DNA of 17,512 nucleotides from an uncultured Ruficoccus sp. (GTDB lineage Bacteria; Verrucomicrobiota; Verrucomicrobiia; Opitutales; Cerasicoccaceae): NCBI GenBank assembly GCA_965140785.1, contig OZ223479.1, positions 1 to 17,512 of the forward strand, read 5' to 3'. Shown piece by piece: positions 17,073 to 17,512 of this stretch (position 1 is its first letter; each line of letters starts with the position of its first letter). The notes under the pieces were generated by a model. It saw only the letters and a program-made list of their open reading frames with translations, ran no database searches and was not told where the DNA came from. The position numbers and the translations under genes were made by a program.

Positions 17073-17512
17073 CTACTTCTTCACCCACAGCCCACAGCTC
17101 ATGGGCGGGAGGTGGATGTGGTCGTCTTCCCAGTGGATGAGGCCGCCGCAGAGGCCCTTGTCGTCGAAGCGCTCGTGGTCGGCGATCTGGATAAAATGCT
17201 TCGGGTCGAGGTCCACCGGCAGTCCGTAGCCGTCGAAGTGCGGGTTGACCGCAAAAAGGATCTGCTCGCGCCCGTTGGTGTGGTCGGCGTTGTAGAGCAC
17301 GGCGATCGCCGAGGTGTCGCCGTCTTCAAAGAATTTCAGGTAGCCCTCACTCTGGCGACCGTTGAGGCGGAAAAGGTGCCCGCGCGGCGAGAACGGCGGA
17401 AGGCGATCCAGCGGCGGAAGTACTCGGCCGTGTTCGGGTATTGGCGGCGGCGCGAGTAGTCGAGCGCGTTCAGGTCGCCGCGCTGGTAGGAGTTGTTGAC
17501 TCCCTGCTTGGA
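17073..17512 (-). pseudogene. 3' part of a GH13 pullulanase/glycogen-debranching-like gene with a frameshift near 17390 (pseudogene or sequence error)
   Basis: The frame from 17512 reads SKQGVNNSYQRGDLNALDYSRRRQYPNTAEYFRRWIAFRR (pullulanase-type SKxGxxNSY..D..N..D motif) and then stops at TGA 17338-17336. The continuation SPRGHLFRLNG..IAVLYNAD..ILFAVNP..LPPMSCGLWVKK* is in another frame, ending at 17073. Confidence 0.75.

Overview
GC-rich bacterial chromosomal segment, probably Verrucomicrobiota/Opitutae (inferred from a VPEAAHYAVFAGLAGL-type PEP-CTERM tail and the gene set). Left to right it contains: the 5' part of a >1,190-aa exported DUF3857/transglutaminase-like/TPR gene (-, runs off the left edge); a disrupted ORF; tRNA-Ser(TGA); a Cu(I) P1B-ATPase and a NYN/YacP-like RNase (+); a four-gene minus-strand unit (DUF4013-like membrane protein, FmdB zinc ribbon, two envelope hypotheticals); a polyprenyl synthase; a low-GC, translationally coupled two-gene cassette; gap-pgk-tpiA (-); a PEP-CTERM protein; and the frameshifted 3' end of a GH13 pullulanase-like gene. 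The best candidate for an undescribed system is the low-GC cassette at 11727-12493: a 56-aa basic protein plus a 199-aa H-Y-[Q] ADP-ribosyltransferase-fold protein, resembling a toxin-antitoxin or anti-phage module, faced by a candidate small RNA. Several intergenic regions hold dense hairpin clusters, including two GTAG-led REP-like elements and an attenuator-like leader. All calls come from manual reading of the sequence; no searches were run.
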